Shown: positions 21,899 to 32,616, counted from the first letter of the stretch. The stretch: 64,000 bases of DNA from Fidelibacterota bacterium (GCA_022571215.1 JACZYG010000009.1:18663-82662); one strand, 5' to 3'. Numbers and translations are program-made. Notes: generated by a model not told the origin, from the letters alone.

Positions 21899-23401
21899 AT
21901 GAAAATAAATAAGATACTTATAGCGAATCGCGGCGAAATAGCTCTCAGAATCCTTAGGACATGTAAAGAAATGAACATAAGGTCTACTGTCGTGTATTCC
22001 GACATTGACAGAACCTCATTGCATGTTTTATACGCGGAAGAGGCTTACTCGATCGGCGCTCCTCTTTCTTCAGAAAGTTATTTGCGGATAGATAAAATAA
22101 TTGATGTTGCCAAAACCGCGTCGGTTGATGCGATTCATCCGGGTTATGGGTTTCTTTCTGAAAACGCCGAATTCGCCGAAGCAGTTGCGAATAATAATAT
22201 GCTCTTCATCGGACCCTCTCCGGAAACTATCAAAACTTTAGGCGACAAGACCAAAGCAAAATCGTTAGCTTCAAGTTGCGGCGTGAATTCTGTTCCCGGC
22301 GCATCCGAGCCGATTGATTCTTTACAATCCGCGTTAGAGACCGCGGAAGAAATAGGTTTTCCGGTACTGCTCAAAGCCGCCTCGGGAGGAGGCGGTAAAG
22401 GTATGAGAATCGTTAACGATTCTTCTGCTATGGAAGAAATGCTCAGGATCGCCTCTTCAGAAGCGGAAAGCTCTTTTGGCGATTCTCGGATATTCATTGA
22501 AAAATATATTTCTTGTCCGCACCATATTGAGTTCCAAATTTTAGCCGATACTCACGGCAATACCGTTCATCTTGGTGATAGGGAATGCTCCGTTCAACGA
22601 CGTTATCAAAAGATTATGGAAGAATCCCCTTCACCTTTCATCACTGATGAAGTACGCTCTAAAATGGGAGCGCATGCTGTTGAAATCATGAAAGCGGCAA
22701 AATACACCGGTGCCGGAACGGTTGAATTTTTGGTGAATAGCGATATGGACTATTACTTTCTGGAGGTGAATACCCGACTCCAGGTGGAACATACAGTTAC
22801 AGAAATGAGAACCGGTATCGATCTCGTTAAAGAGCAAATCCGCATTGCTGAGGGAAACGAACTTTCATTCACGCAAGAGGAAATTATGTTCACCGGTCAT
22901 GCTATAGAATGCCGGATAACCTCGGAGGACACATCAAATGATTTTCTCCCTACAACGGGTAGAATCAGAAGCCTTTGTGAACCGGGGGGACCGGGAATAA
23001 GAATTGACAGCGGCGTTCGACAAGGATCAGAAATGTCTCCATATTATGACCCGTTGATGTCAAAATTAATTGTATGGGGCAGGAACAGGTCGGAATCAAT
23101 CGCCCGTTGCGATCGCGCTCTTTCAGAATATGTCATTTCGGGATTGCCTACTTCTATTCCGTTTTGTAAAAAAGTTTTGAAGCATAACAGTTTTCTTGAA
23201 GGGAATTACGACACAACTCTCTCGGATTCTTTGATGAAAAACGTTGCTCCCGCCGATCATGATCCTGAGCGAACCGCAGCCGCAATAGGGGCTGCCGCAT
23301 ACAAAGTAGACTCAAAACCAAAGAACTTCTCTAATGGAAATTCAACGAATGACAATGCTTCAGCGTGGAAAAGAAGCGGTCGGGAATCATCACTCCGTTG
23401 A
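21899..23401 (+). CDS. accC: Biotin carboxylase (acetyl/propionyl-CoA carboxylase)
   Basis: ILIANRGEIA, HPGYGFLSEN, GGGGKGMR, EVNTRLQVEH, YYDPLMSKL. Confidence 0.96.
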   Translation: MKINKILIANRGEIALRILRTCKEMNIRSTVVYSDIDRTSLHVLYAEEAYSIGAPLSSESYLRIDKIIDVAKTASVDAIHPGYGFLSENAEFAEAVANNNMLFIGPSPETIKTLGDKTKAKSLASSCGVNSVPGASEPIDSLQSALETAEEIGFPVLLKAASGGGGKGMRIVNDSSAMEEMLRIASSEAESSFGDSRIFIEKYISCPHHIEFQILADTHGNTVHLGDRECSVQRRYQKIMEESPSPFITDEVRSKMGAHAVEIMKAAKYTGAGTVEFLVNSDMDYYFLEVNTRLQVEHTVTEMRTGIDLVKEQIRIAEGNELSFTQEEIMFTGHAIECRITSEDTSNDFLPTTGRIRSLCEPGGPGIRIDSGVRQGSEMSPYYDPLMSKLIVWGRNRSESIARCDRALSEYVISGLPTSIPFCKKVLKHNSFLEGNYDTTLSDSLMKNVAPADHDPERTAAAIGAAAYKVDSKPKNFSNGNSTNDNASAWKRSGRESSLR

Positions 23402-23901
23402 AATACTTTTGCAAAATAAATGAGCATGAATTCCAGCTGTCGGTCAACCATGAAACCGATGAGATTCGCGTCCACGGTACAAAAGAGACAGCTGATATTG
23501 ACCTGGTTAAAATTGATGGAGGATTATATCACTTATTATTAGAAAATAAATCCTATCTTATATCGGTCAGTAATACAAATATGTATTTTAGAGCGTCCAT
23601 TGGCGGAGAAGAATACAATGTTGAGATCGAAGACAATATCAACAGACTTAAATCGAAGTATGGAGAAAAAGCGGAAGATGTTAATAATCTCGGAAAAGTT
23701 CATTCTCCCATGCCGGGACTTGTAGTTCATATTTATGTTTCAGTTGGTGATGAAGTACAGTTGAACACTCCTCTTTTAGCCCTTGAGGCGATGAAAATGG
23801 AAAATGAAATTATATCCCCTGCCAATGGTAAAATTACAGATATCAGCGTGACTACCGGTCAAAATATTTCTGCGGAAACCTTACTTATGACGATAGAATA
23901 A
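23398..23901 (+). CDS. Biotin carboxyl carrier protein
   Basis: [14 protein letters not shown] biotinylation motif. Likely TTG start at 23398 overlapping the accC stop (TTGA). Confidence 0.92.
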   Translation: MKYFCKINEHEFQLSVNHETDEIRVHGTKETADIDLVKIDGGLYHLLLENKSYLISVSNTNMYFRASIGGEEYNVEIEDNINRLKSKYGEKAEDVNNLGKVHSPMPGLVVHIYVSVGDEVQLNTPLLALEAMKMENEIISPANGKITDISVTTGQNISAETLLMTIE

Positions 23902-23903
23902 AA

Positions 23904-25463
23904 ATGCCTAAACGAACTGACAATAAGAAAGCGTTCTACAAAGCTGAAAAAGATTCTCAAGACTACGATTCCAATCTTGGAGACCCCGGCAGCCCTCCCT
24001 TCACCAGAGGAATCTATGAGGAGATGTACCGTAAACGCCATTGGACAATGCGTCAATACGCCGGATATGCGTCCGCGGAAGAATCGAATCGCCGCTATAA
24101 ATATCTCCTTGAACAGGGTAATACAGGTCTATCGGTGGCATTCGATCTGCCGACCCAAATAGGATATGATTCTGATAACTCGAAAGCTGTAGGAGAGGTC
24201 GGAAGAGTCGGCGTGGCGATTGACAGCATTCTCGACATGGATGTTTTATTTAAGGGCATTGACCTTGAAAAAGTTTCAACATCCATGACTATCAACGCAA
24301 CTGCTCCGATTATTCTCGCGCTTTATGCTGCCGTTGCGGAATCAAGAGGTTCCGACAGCTCCCTTTTATCAGGCACTATTCAGAACGATATATTAAAAGA
24401 ATATATAGCGAGAGGAACTTACATCTATCCGCCTGCGGAAAGCCTAAGGCTTATCACCGATTTGTTTGCTTATTGCTCACAGAATATGCCTAATTGGAAC
24501 AGCATATCTATTTCGGGTTACCATATCAGAGAAGCCGGTTCAACCGCAATACAGGAACTTGCTTTCACTTTCGCAAATGCCATCGCTTACTCGGACGCTG
24601 CGATAAATGCGGGGCTTGAATTTGACTCGTTTGCTCCCCGTATCTCTTTCTTTTTCAATTGCCACAACGATTTTTTTGAAGAAGTGGCAAAGTTCAGGGC
24701 GTCACGCCGCATCTGGTATCGAATTGCGAAAGAACGGTTCAAATCAAAGAACCCTAAAAGTATGGCGCTGCGGTTCCATACTCAGACAGCCGGTTCAACT
24801 CTCACCGCTCAGCAACCGTACGTGAATATCGCCCGGACAACATTGCAAGCTCTATCTGCCGTGCTTGGCGGCACTCAGTCGCTGCATACAAATTCTTTCG
24901 ATGAGGCTCTTGCTCTTCCGACTGAGGCGTCTGTCAGAATAGCGCTGCGTTCCCAGCAGGTTATAGCGTATGAGAGTGGAGTGGATAAAGTCGCCGATCC
25001 TTTAGGCGGCTCGTGGTACATAGAGCGATTGACCGATGAGATAGAAACAGGCGTTTTCGAATACCTTGAGATAATCGATGGGATGGGAGGAGCGTTGAAT
25101 GCGATAGAAAAAGGCTATATTCAAGATGAGATAGCGGCCAGCGCGTATAAGTATCAACAAGCCATTGAAGACGGCTCCCAGATTATCGTAGGCGTCAATT
25201 CTTTTCAATCGGACGATTCCGTGAAACCTCAGACGTTGGAGATAGATCCGAAAATTGCTGAAATTCAAGCCGAGAAATTAACAACTTTGAAAAAAGAACG
25301 AAATTCGTCAGCCGTGGAAAGATCACTCTCCGAACTCTCCCGGGTAGCCGAAGGGACCGAGAATACGATGCCGATAATTTTTGATTGTGTAAAATTGAAA
25401 GCCACTTTAGGTGAGATTTCTGATGCGCTTAGGAAAGTATTCGGTGAATACAGACCACGCTAA
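23904..25463 (+). CDS. Methylmalonyl-CoA mutase, substrate-binding (large) subunit without B12-binding domain
   Basis: [48 protein letters not shown]; no DxHxxG domain. Confidence 0.95.
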   Translation: MPKRTDNKKAFYKAEKDSQDYDSNLGDPGSPPFTRGIYEEMYRKRHWTMRQYAGYASAEESNRRYKYLLEQGNTGLSVAFDLPTQIGYDSDNSKAVGEVGRVGVAIDSILDMDVLFKGIDLEKVSTSMTINATAPIILALYAAVAESRGSDSSLLSGTIQNDILKEYIARGTYIYPPAESLRLITDLFAYCSQNMPNWNSISISGYHIREAGSTAIQELAFTFANAIAYSDAAINAGLEFDSFAPRISFFFNCHNDFFEEVAKFRASRRIWYRIAKERFKSKNPKSMALRFHTQTAGSTLTAQQPYVNIARTTLQALSAVLGGTQSLHTNSFDEALALPTEASVRIALRSQQVIAYESGVDKVADPLGGSWYIERLTDEIETGVFEYLEIIDGMGGALNAIEKGYIQDEIAASAYKYQQAIEDGSQIIVGVNSFQSDDSVKPQTLEIDPKIAEIQAEKLTTLKKERNSSAVERSLSELSRVAEGTENTMPIIFDCVKLKATLGEISDALRKVFGEYRPR

Positions 25464-25466
25464 ATC

Positions 25467-26219
25467 ATGCCATCAACTTTAACACTCGGAACTCCGCTGA
25501 TTCATTTTGACACTGTTGATTCAACCAACAGAGCCGCGCTCAGAGCGGCATCTGAAGATGCCGCCGAAGGGACTCTATTTGTTGCGGACGCGCAAACCGC
25601 CGGTAGAGGAAGGCACTCAAGGGAATGGTACTCTCCCCCCGGACTTGGTTTATATTTTTCTGTACTGTTGCATCCTAAGATTAGCGCCTTGGAAGCAAAT
25701 AATTTAGTGCTGCAATCTGCCGTAGCCGTGTGCGACGCTATAGAGGAATTATATGACTATGCAGTGGGTATCAAATGGCCTAACGACATTTACTCCGGGA
25801 ATAGAAAACTCGGCGGTATTCTGCTTGAAACAACAATTACGGGTGATACCATCGAAAACGCCGTTATCGGCATAGGGCTGAATATGAGGCATTCGATTGA
25901 AGACTTTCCAGTTGAATTACGCTCTGAAGCCACCTCTCTTAAAGAAGTGACCGGCAAAGATATTACCGATACACTTTTAATCGAACGGATACTGTCTATT
26001 TACGGAGACTATTACTATAAGAGAGAGGAATGCGGTATTGACAAGTGGATTAAGAGATGTATTCATATGAAAAAACAGATTAAAATTAATCATAACGGTA
26101 TGGTTTTACAAGGCAGTTTCAGCGAAGTTTCACCTGATCTTTCGTTCACGCTCAAGGACGAGTTCGGACATGAGAATAAGATAGAATACGGAGAAATTTC
26201 TCTGGATATGGAGGTTTAA
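25467..26219 (+). CDS. birA: Biotin--protein ligase (no N-terminal HTH)
   Basis: DSTN, QTAGRGR..W, KWPND, KLGGIL. Confidence 0.95.
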   Translation: MPSTLTLGTPLIHFDTVDSTNRAALRAASEDAAEGTLFVADAQTAGRGRHSREWYSPPGLGLYFSVLLHPKISALEANNLVLQSAVAVCDAIEELYDYAVGIKWPNDIYSGNRKLGGILLETTITGDTIENAVIGIGLNMRHSIEDFPVELRSEATSLKEVTGKDITDTLLIERILSIYGDYYYKREECGIDKWIKRCIHMKKQIKINHNGMVLQGSFSEVSPDLSFTLKDEFGHENKIEYGEISLDMEV

Positions 26220-26223
26220 ACAG

Positions 26224-26994
26224 ATGATTCTTGCTATGGATATCGGCAATACCGACACTACATTGGGGCTTTTCTCCAATGAAAAACTAATATATGACTG
26301 GCGCACCACAAGCGGACTTTCCCGTACATCTGATGAATATGGGGTCTTGATAAATTCGTTCATTTCTCAGGCGAAAACCACAGCTGATGACCTTTCGGGA
26401 GTGATTATATCTTCGGTCGTCCCTTCATTGACGGCTGTCATTGCTCACATGTCGGAAAAATATTTGCACCAAACCGCGCTGATCGTTTCGAGCAAATTAG
26501 ATCTAGGAATCCCGATTCTAATTGATGACCCCGAACAGTTGGGAGCCGACCGCATCTGTAATGCTGTTGCCGGAATAAGAGATTATGATACTCCGCTGGT
26601 GGTTGTAGATTTCGGCACTGCCACTACGTTTGACGTTATTTCATCAAAGGGAGAGTACCTTGGAGGGATAATTGCTCCCGGTGTTGAAACCTCCGCAAAT
26701 GATCTCTTCCGCAGAGCGGCGAAACTTCCTAAAATCGATTTTCTTTTTCCTGAAAACATAATAGGTAAAAACAGTACCCATTCAATGCAGTCAGGAATCA
26801 TGAACGGCGCGGTCGCCGTAGTTGATTTTATGATTTCCGCTATTGAAAAGGAGATGGGAGAAAAAATGAACAGCGTCTCTACAGGCGGATTTGCGCATCT
26901 GATAACTCCGAAATGCGCCAGCGTCAATGAAATAAACCCTCATCTTACGTTAGAGGGTTTGAACTATATATACGATATCGTCAGCAATAAATGA
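26224..26994 (+). CDS. coaX: Type III pantothenate kinase
   Basis: DIGNT, SSVVP, LGADR, VDFGTATT. Confidence 0.97.
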   Translation: MILAMDIGNTDTTLGLFSNEKLIYDWRTTSGLSRTSDEYGVLINSFISQAKTTADDLSGVIISSVVPSLTAVIAHMSEKYLHQTALIVSSKLDLGIPILIDDPEQLGADRICNAVAGIRDYDTPLVVVDFGTATTFDVISSKGEYLGGIIAPGVETSANDLFRRAAKLPKIDFLFPENIIGKNSTHSMQSGIMNGAVAVVDFMISAIEKEMGEKMNSVSTGGFAHLITPKCASVNEINPHLTLEGLNYIYDIVSNK

Positions 26995-27009
26995 GAGGGA
27001 GAAGATAAT

Positions 27010-27825
27010 TTGAAGATAGCATTGGTGCAGCAATCTGCCGGTGATGATTTAGATGACAATCTTAAAAAGGGTCTAACCGCAATGGATGAAGCAGCTTCAA
27101 ACGGAGCCGAACTCGTAGCATACGCCGAACTTGCTTTTGAACCGTTTTATCCTCGACGACATTCCGATGGCAACCATCTAACGCTTGCTCAAACCATTCC
27201 GGGTAAATTCACCGATAAATTCTGTGAGAAGGCGAAAGAACTCGGAGTTGTCGTCGTGTTGAACCTTTTTGAGAAAGATGGAAACTCAACTTATGATTCC
27301 TCGCCTGTGATTGACAGTGACGGCGCCATACTCGGAGTTACCCGCATGATGCATATTACCGATTATGCGAATTTTCATGAACAGGATTATTATACGCCCT
27401 CTTCAGATATTCCTCCGGTATATGATACGTCTGTCGGGAAAATAGGAGTGGCGATCTGTTATGACAGGCATTATCCGGAGGTCATGCGTTCTCTCAGGCT
27501 TCAGGGAGCCGAACTCGTAGTCATCCCGCAGGCGGGCACTGTAGGAGAATGGCCCGACGGATTGTACCAGGCAGAGGTTCAAGTCGCTTCTTTTCAAAAC
27601 GGATATTATGCCGCGCTCGTCAATAGACTCGGAATTGAGGGGAATCTGCATTTTGCGGGAGAATCATTCGTTACCGCGCCGGATGGAAAAGTTATCTCCT
27701 CAGCGCCTTCAGGTGAAGAGGCGATAATTTATGCTGACTTGGATTTTTCCCGATTAAGCGAAAGTCACGCATCCCGTTATTTTCTTAAAGACAGGCGACC
27801 GGGAAGTTACTCTTCTATAAGTTGA
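27010..27825 (+). CDS. Carbon-nitrogen hydrolase (nitrilase superfamily, N-carbamoylputrescine amidase-like)
   Basis: YAEL (Glu), ICYDRHYPE (Cys), VNRLG..FAGESF. Confidence 0.9.
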   Translation: MKIALVQQSAGDDLDDNLKKGLTAMDEAASNGAELVAYAELAFEPFYPRRHSDGNHLTLAQTIPGKFTDKFCEKAKELGVVVVLNLFEKDGNSTYDSSPVIDSDGAILGVTRMMHITDYANFHEQDYYTPSSDIPPVYDTSVGKIGVAICYDRHYPEVMRSLRLQGAELVVIPQAGTVGEWPDGLYQAEVQVASFQNGYYAALVNRLGIEGNLHFAGESFVTAPDGKVISSAPSGEEAIIYADLDFSRLSESHASRYFLKDRRPGSYSSIS

Positions 27826-27833
27826 TTGATAAA

Positions 27834-28283
27834 TTAATTTAAAGTTGTATCAACTTCATTTTCACTGCCATCAGTATCAATGATTCTAAATCGCTTTGAT
27901 TTCAATATCTTGCCGTCTGCGGAAACAACGTCCACTCTCCATGCCCCTGTCCAATCTTCTTGAATAACTTTTGTTGACCAGGTTCTCCATCTATACCCCC
28001 GGACATTAAGCTGAACATCCGCTCTACGGATCTCGCCATGGTACCAGACATGACTGACGGTGGTGGAATCACCCATCCCGCGTATTTCCGTATAGCAAAA
28101 TAGTGTTCCGACGCTGTCCGGAAAAGTATCTGATTCGCCCACAGGTCGTCGTTCTTCCACAGCGGTACTGACAACGATTCTTTCTACTTTTAAAACAGTC
28201 TGTGCTCCAATTTCACTCATATTGGATAATATCAGCAAAGTTGTCAGGCATGAATACTTCATGATATTTAATTTTGTGACCAT
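27834..28283 (-). CDS. DUF2914-like secreted beta-sandwich protein
   Basis: LFCYTEI..HVWYH..RWRTWSTK..WTGAWRVDV pattern. Confidence 0.8.
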   Translation of the reverse strand: MVTKLNIMKYSCLTTLLILSNMSEIGAQTVLKVERIVVSTAVEERRPVGESDTFPDSVGTLFCYTEIRGMGDSTTVSHVWYHGEIRRADVQLNVRGYRWRTWSTKVIQEDWTGAWRVDVVSADGKILKSKRFRIIDTDGSENEVDTTLN

Positions 28284-28305
28284 CTCTCGAATATAATTTA
28301 TAAAG

Positions 28306-29013
28306 TTAATTCAAATTTGCAATAGTCTTAAACTCTGCGCTGCTCGGAAGCGTATCGAACACCCAATCGGCGCCCGCCGATTTAAGCATGCTTTTTTCTT
28401 TGTCTCCGTCGCGGCGAGCGATTCCGACTGCTCTATAATTGTTAACGAGCGCGCATCGAATATCGTGGATGGTATCTCCTACTACAAATACGTTTTCGTT
28501 CTGAAACTCTACGTTCCAGTCTTTCTCCGCGCGACCGACAGCGATTGGAGGAAGCTTGTCCCTATCCGGATCATCACTCGCAAATGCTCCTACGGGGAAA
28601 AACCGTTCAAGACCGAAAGGAGTCAACTTAATCATCGCTGAACGTTTCATATTACCTGTTACCAATCCGAGATAAATGTTTTTCTCCTCCGAGAGTTCCT
28701 TCAAAAGATTTCCAACCTCATCATATATTTTCTTATCTGCGGCGGCTTTATACCTTTCCTCAAGTCGCTCATAATAAATCGGAAAGAATTTGTCAATAGC
28801 GTCATTTAATTCAATTCCTTCTATCCCGGCTCTTTGAAGCATATCTTTTAATATTAGAGGATCGGTAAAGCCCGCTACATGCTGAACCTCGAGCGGTATC
28901 TTTTTGCCCGTCAATTCAGTTACAATCTCAACGAAAAGTCTGCGGGCAGTTATTCCGGGGGAAATCAGTGTTCCGTCAATATCAAAGAGAAAAAGAGCTT
29001 TATTGCTATTCAA
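28306..29013 (-). CDS. HAD family hydrolase
   Basis: FDIDGTL, VTGN, VVGDTIHD. Confidence 0.92.
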   Translation of the reverse strand: MNSNKALFLFDIDGTLISPGITARRLFVEIVTELTGKKIPLEVQHVAGFTDPLILKDMLQRAGIEGIELNDAIDKFFPIYYERLEERYKAAADKKIYDEVGNLLKELSEEKNIYLGLVTGNMKRSAMIKLTPFGLERFFPVGAFASDDPDRDKLPPIAVGRAEKDWNVEFQNENVFVVGDTIHDIRCALVNNYRAVGIARRDGDKEKSMLKSAGADWVFDTLPSSAEFKTIANLN

Positions 29014-29050
29014 TTCGTAAAATTTTCTAAGATGCGAGTGTTATTCCTGC

Positions 29051-29461
29051 TCAGACCTTATGACCGCATACACCGCAAAAACCAGCTTTTCTAAACAACG
29101 CTGAACCGCATTCTTGACAATAACCTTCCTGTTCGGCTTCGGGCACATTATATTCCGGTTGCAATACGGGTCGTTTTTTTTCTCCGTTTAACGATTCAAG
29201 ATGCTTCATCTTCTCCATCGCCTTTTCCCTATAACTTGTTGTGAGTTCATCGAAGTCCGATTCACTTATCTTTCCCATATGAAAATCAAGTTCTATATCT
29301 TTGATTTCCCGAAAGAGCGCTCTTTTTTCTCTTTGCAATTCACTCACCGCAATTTCTTTATCATCGCGTCCGATATTAAATAATTGCTTCTTATTCAATA
29401 TCGGTTGAAGCAGCAATCCCCCGACTAAGAGAACTATTACCCCCATTATTAGTTCAATCAA
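29051..29461 (-). CDS. CcmI-like membrane protein with C-terminal zinc ribbon
   Basis: N-terminal TM, IKDIELDFHMGKISESDF (CcmI-type), CQECG..CGVCG. Confidence 0.7.
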   Translation of the reverse strand: MIELIMGVIVLLVGGLLLQPILNKKQLFNIGRDDKEIAVSELQREKRALFREIKDIELDFHMGKISESDFDELTTSYREKAMEKMKHLESLNGEKKRPVLQPEYNVPEAEQEGYCQECGSALFRKAGFCGVCGHKV

Positions 29462-29472
29462 TTCTTATTCCG

Positions 29473-29946
29473 TCAAAAAGTATCAAGTTCATCATCAAGT
29501 TCTCGGGAATATTTATTGCTCTCTTTTTCTGTGATAGGAGATTTTTGCATCTCAGCGGTCAGTGTGTTGTCTTTCCAACGTTTTAAAACAACCAATATCA
29601 CAATTCCAAATCCCAATACCGCGAATATTGGAACTAACCATGCGGATAGATAAAATCCTTCCGCCTTAGGAGCAGCCAATACCCTTTCACCATAGGTTTC
29701 TATGAAACTCAATACTATCGCGTCAGAGTCCATCCCCTTCTTGATCAGTTCGTCCACTTCGTTCCGCATCTTTTCTGCCGTGCCACAGGAGCATGAATAC
29801 AAAACTAAGTTTGGACAGGTCCCACACTGACAAGTCAACTTACTTGTTATATCCTTCAATGAGGGTTTTGTTTGACTAATCACAACTGTTGAGAGGTTAA
29901 GCCCGATGATCAAACTTAATATCGTTATTTTTATCATTCTTTTCAT
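29473..29946 (-). CDS. ccmH: Cytochrome c biogenesis protein CcmH-like
   Basis: Start MKRMIK at 29946 with an RBS; LTCQCGTC..CSC, AEKMRNEV, YGERVLAAP, WLVP, then a TM. Confidence 0.85.
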   Translation of the reverse strand: MKRMIKITILSLIIGLNLSTVVISQTKPSLKDITSKLTCQCGTCPNLVLYSCSCGTAEKMRNEVDELIKKGMDSDAIVLSFIETYGERVLAAPKAEGFYLSAWLVPIFAVLGFGIVILVVLKRWKDNTLTAEMQKSPITEKESNKYSRELDDELDTF

Positions 29947-29995
29947 TTGTTTCCTTTCACCGATAAAATAACTATCCTGAACTCCTTTTACAATC

Positions 29996-30916
29996 TCAAT
30001 TCTGACGAAGTGAGTTCCCGCATTTCGGGCAGAAGTAAGCATCCTTCTCTACCTTCCCGCCACAATTATTACAAAAATTCGGTCTCCTGTCGGACCTGTA
30101 AACTATTTTCTCAGACGGTTCGTTTGCGTTCTTATGAGCCGCATGTGTCTTTCTCTTGGCTCCGGCTCGCTGCACTTTGCTGCGTTTTTTAGCGCTTTTC
30201 CCAAAATAGGAATAAACCATTAAACCGACCAGGAAAATCAGGACTCCTGTGGAAATAATCGTATATACATCTGTGCTTTTTTCTGATTTTTCAAGTTTTT
30301 CTAACGAGCTTTCCAAACTTGATTTAAAATAACTGACGCTCACGTTTTTCGTTTCGCCCGCTGCCAAGCTGCCGGCAGATACTTGAGAATGCGTTATCCC
30401 CTTTTCGTCCTTATATTCTTGAAAGCTTATTGGAGTGGTTTGAAAGTCAAATGCTCCTATCGGCTGTTGAACCTCATACGAAAAATTACTAACCTGGTAA
30501 TATGTTTTATAAGAGTAGCTGAACACTTTATCGTTCACTCCGGGTGTGAATGGATTGAAATAATACTCTAAGTGAAAATTACGTTCTTTCAGCACAAATG
30601 ACACGTAGGTCCCCTTATCATCAACCTTAATTTCAAAAGGATCGTGAATATGCGCTCCCGTCAGTGTCACAGAAGCTACATGAGGATCTACGGTTCCCGG
30701 CAGAATATTAAAACGTATCTCTGCGGGCAGTTGCACGTCACCGGATACGCTCCCCCTATACATAACAAGGACCTGACTGTTATCATACTCGGGCCAGAGC
30801 GATATTGCTAATTTGGAAATGGAGATTTTTTTCTCTTGAGGGAACGAAACGTTTGCAGATAGCAAAACCATTAAAAACATGATCGGTCGAATTATAATCA
30901 TCTGTCTGAACACCAA
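29996..30916 (-). CDS. Exported beta-rich protein (WPEYD motif) with TM anchor and cytoplasmic zinc ribbon
   Basis: Signal peptide, LWPEYD..VLV, TM near the C-terminus, FCNNCG..FCPKCG. Confidence 0.75.
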   Translation of the reverse strand: MVFRQMIIIRPIMFLMVLLSANVSFPQEKKISISKLAISLWPEYDNSQVLVMYRGSVSGDVQLPAEIRFNILPGTVDPHVASVTLTGAHIHDPFEIKVDDKGTYVSFVLKERNFHLEYYFNPFTPGVNDKVFSYSYKTYYQVSNFSYEVQQPIGAFDFQTTPISFQEYKDEKGITHSQVSAGSLAAGETKNVSVSYFKSSLESSLEKLEKSEKSTDVYTIISTGVLIFLVGLMVYSYFGKSAKKRSKVQRAGAKRKTHAAHKNANEPSEKIVYRSDRRPNFCNNCGGKVEKDAYFCPKCGNSLRQN

Positions 30917-30947
30917 TATATACTATTGAAAATTTTCTTTATCACTC

Positions 30948-32225
30948 CTAATTCATCTCCATAACTTGATCCTTTTTCTCCCTCGCTCGAAGTCTCTTAA
31001 GAACAGCTTCCCTGAGACTGCTCTCAGAATCTAACATAAACTGACCCGAGGTAACGACTTGTTCGCCACCCTTCAACCCGCTAATGACCTCATAATAACC
31101 CCCCTCCCCTTGAGCACCAAGAGTAATTTCCCTTGGTTCGTATTTACCCTTTCCGACCTTAACAAATACTATTTCTCTCTCCCCTGAATGAATAACGCTT
31201 TCCCTTGGCACTACTACGGTTTTTTCCCGCTTAGCAGTTTTGATTAAAATATTGGCGTACATTCCCGGTTTAAGTTTCTCGTCGTAGTTATCGAATTCAA
31301 GCCTGACCTTTATCGTCCTTGTCTTTGAATCAAGAAATGGGTAAACATACGCTACGCTTCCCTTGAATACTTTTCCGGGTATGTAAGAGAGCGTCATCTC
31401 CGCTTCCAACCCATCCTCGAGCCAGGGCAATTCGTACTCGTAGATGTCGGCATAAACCCAAACTTTCATGAGGTCCGCAATAGCATAGAGATTCATACCT
31501 TCGGTTACATTCATTCCTTCGGTTGCCATCTTTTCTACAACTATTCCGTTGAATGGAGAGTAAATGGTCATCACCTTATTCACTTTGCCTGTTCGTTCAA
31601 GTTCCGCTATCTGCTCAGGAGTTACATCCCAGTTTGACAGACGTTCTCTTGTGGAACGCAGTAACGCCGCTGCGCCTGTGTTATTTGATTTCTTGTTAGC
31701 TAGAGCGGTCAAATATTCCTCTTGTGTCGATACCAATTCAGGACTGTATATATCAAGAAGCGGTTGACCTTTGTATACTTTTTGACCCGTATAATCGATA
31801 TATAATGATTCAATCCACCCCTTGACCTTAGTGTGAATATGAGTAAAACGAGTTTCGTCATAGTCAACCAATCCTAAAGTCCGTATTTCCTTGCCTAAGC
31901 TTCTGATTTCCACCGGAGTCGTGAGTATCCCCATATTCTGTACAACCGTAGGATCGATGACAATTACAGATTCATTGTCTCCCGTTCCATCTTCGTAAAC
32001 CGGTACGAGGTCCATTCCCATGGGAGATTTTCCCGGTTTATCACTGATATAGTTCGGATCCATTGGAGCGACCCAGTATTTAATTTTTCGCTCCTGTTCC
32101 TCATTTTGTGCGGTTACCGAATCAGCGCTTTCATGCGCGCCGTTCTGCATGTATAATCTGCTGAGACCATATCCTCCCAATAAAACAACCAAACCAATTA
32201 TCGTATATATCGTTTTCTTTGTCAT
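30948..32225 (-). CDS. cusB: CusB-type RND periplasmic adaptor
   Basis: YWVAPMDP..PGKSPMGMDLVP, YSPELVSTQEEYL, LKPGMY, GQFMLDSES. Confidence 0.92.
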   Translation of the reverse strand: MTKKTIYTIIGLVVLLGGYGLSRLYMQNGAHESADSVTAQNEEQERKIKYWVAPMDPNYISDKPGKSPMGMDLVPVYEDGTGDNESVIVIDPTVVQNMGILTTPVEIRSLGKEIRTLGLVDYDETRFTHIHTKVKGWIESLYIDYTGQKVYKGQPLLDIYSPELVSTQEEYLTALANKKSNNTGAAALLRSTRERLSNWDVTPEQIAELERTGKVNKVMTIYSPFNGIVVEKMATEGMNVTEGMNLYAIADLMKVWVYADIYEYELPWLEDGLEAEMTLSYIPGKVFKGSVAYVYPFLDSKTRTIKVRLEFDNYDEKLKPGMYANILIKTAKREKTVVVPRESVIHSGEREIVFVKVGKGKYEPREITLGAQGEGGYYEVISGLKGGEQVVTSGQFMLDSESSLREAVLKRLRAREKKDQVMEMN

Positions 32226-32247
32226 TTTTCTACCTCTAAATCTTTCG

Positions 32248-32604
32248 TTATGCTTCTTTTTTAACCAATTTCATACCGCAGACCGGACAATCGCCGGGTC
32301 TTGCCTCTAACACATCTGGATGCATGGGACAATAGAACTTGCCGTCGCCATCATCTGTGTGCTCTCCCGCCTCCACAAATATCAAATCCATATTACACAA
32401 AGGGCAAAGTCCCGCTACACTTTCTCTAACGTCTTCATGCATCGGACAGCTGTAGTATCCTTCAGCCATTTCAGCAGCGTGAATATGTTTTTCACTTTCC
32501 TCTGTCAATCTGTTCTCATCAGTTACCGGTTGAAAGAACATTCCTATCGCCAATACCGTGCTAATTATCACTAATACTATTATTATCAATATTTTTCTTT
32601 CCAC
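32248..32604 (-). CDS. Membrane-anchored protein with two heavy-metal-binding domains
   Basis: YSCPMHED..CPLCNMDL and YCPMHPD..CPVCGMKL. Confidence 0.88.
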   Translation of the reverse strand: MERKILIIIVLVIISTVLAIGMFFQPVTDENRLTEESEKHIHAAEMAEGYYSCPMHEDVRESVAGLCPLCNMDLIFVEAGEHTDDGDGKFYCPMHPDVLEARPGDCPVCGMKLVKKEA

Positions 32605-32616
32605 GATGTTTTCCTC

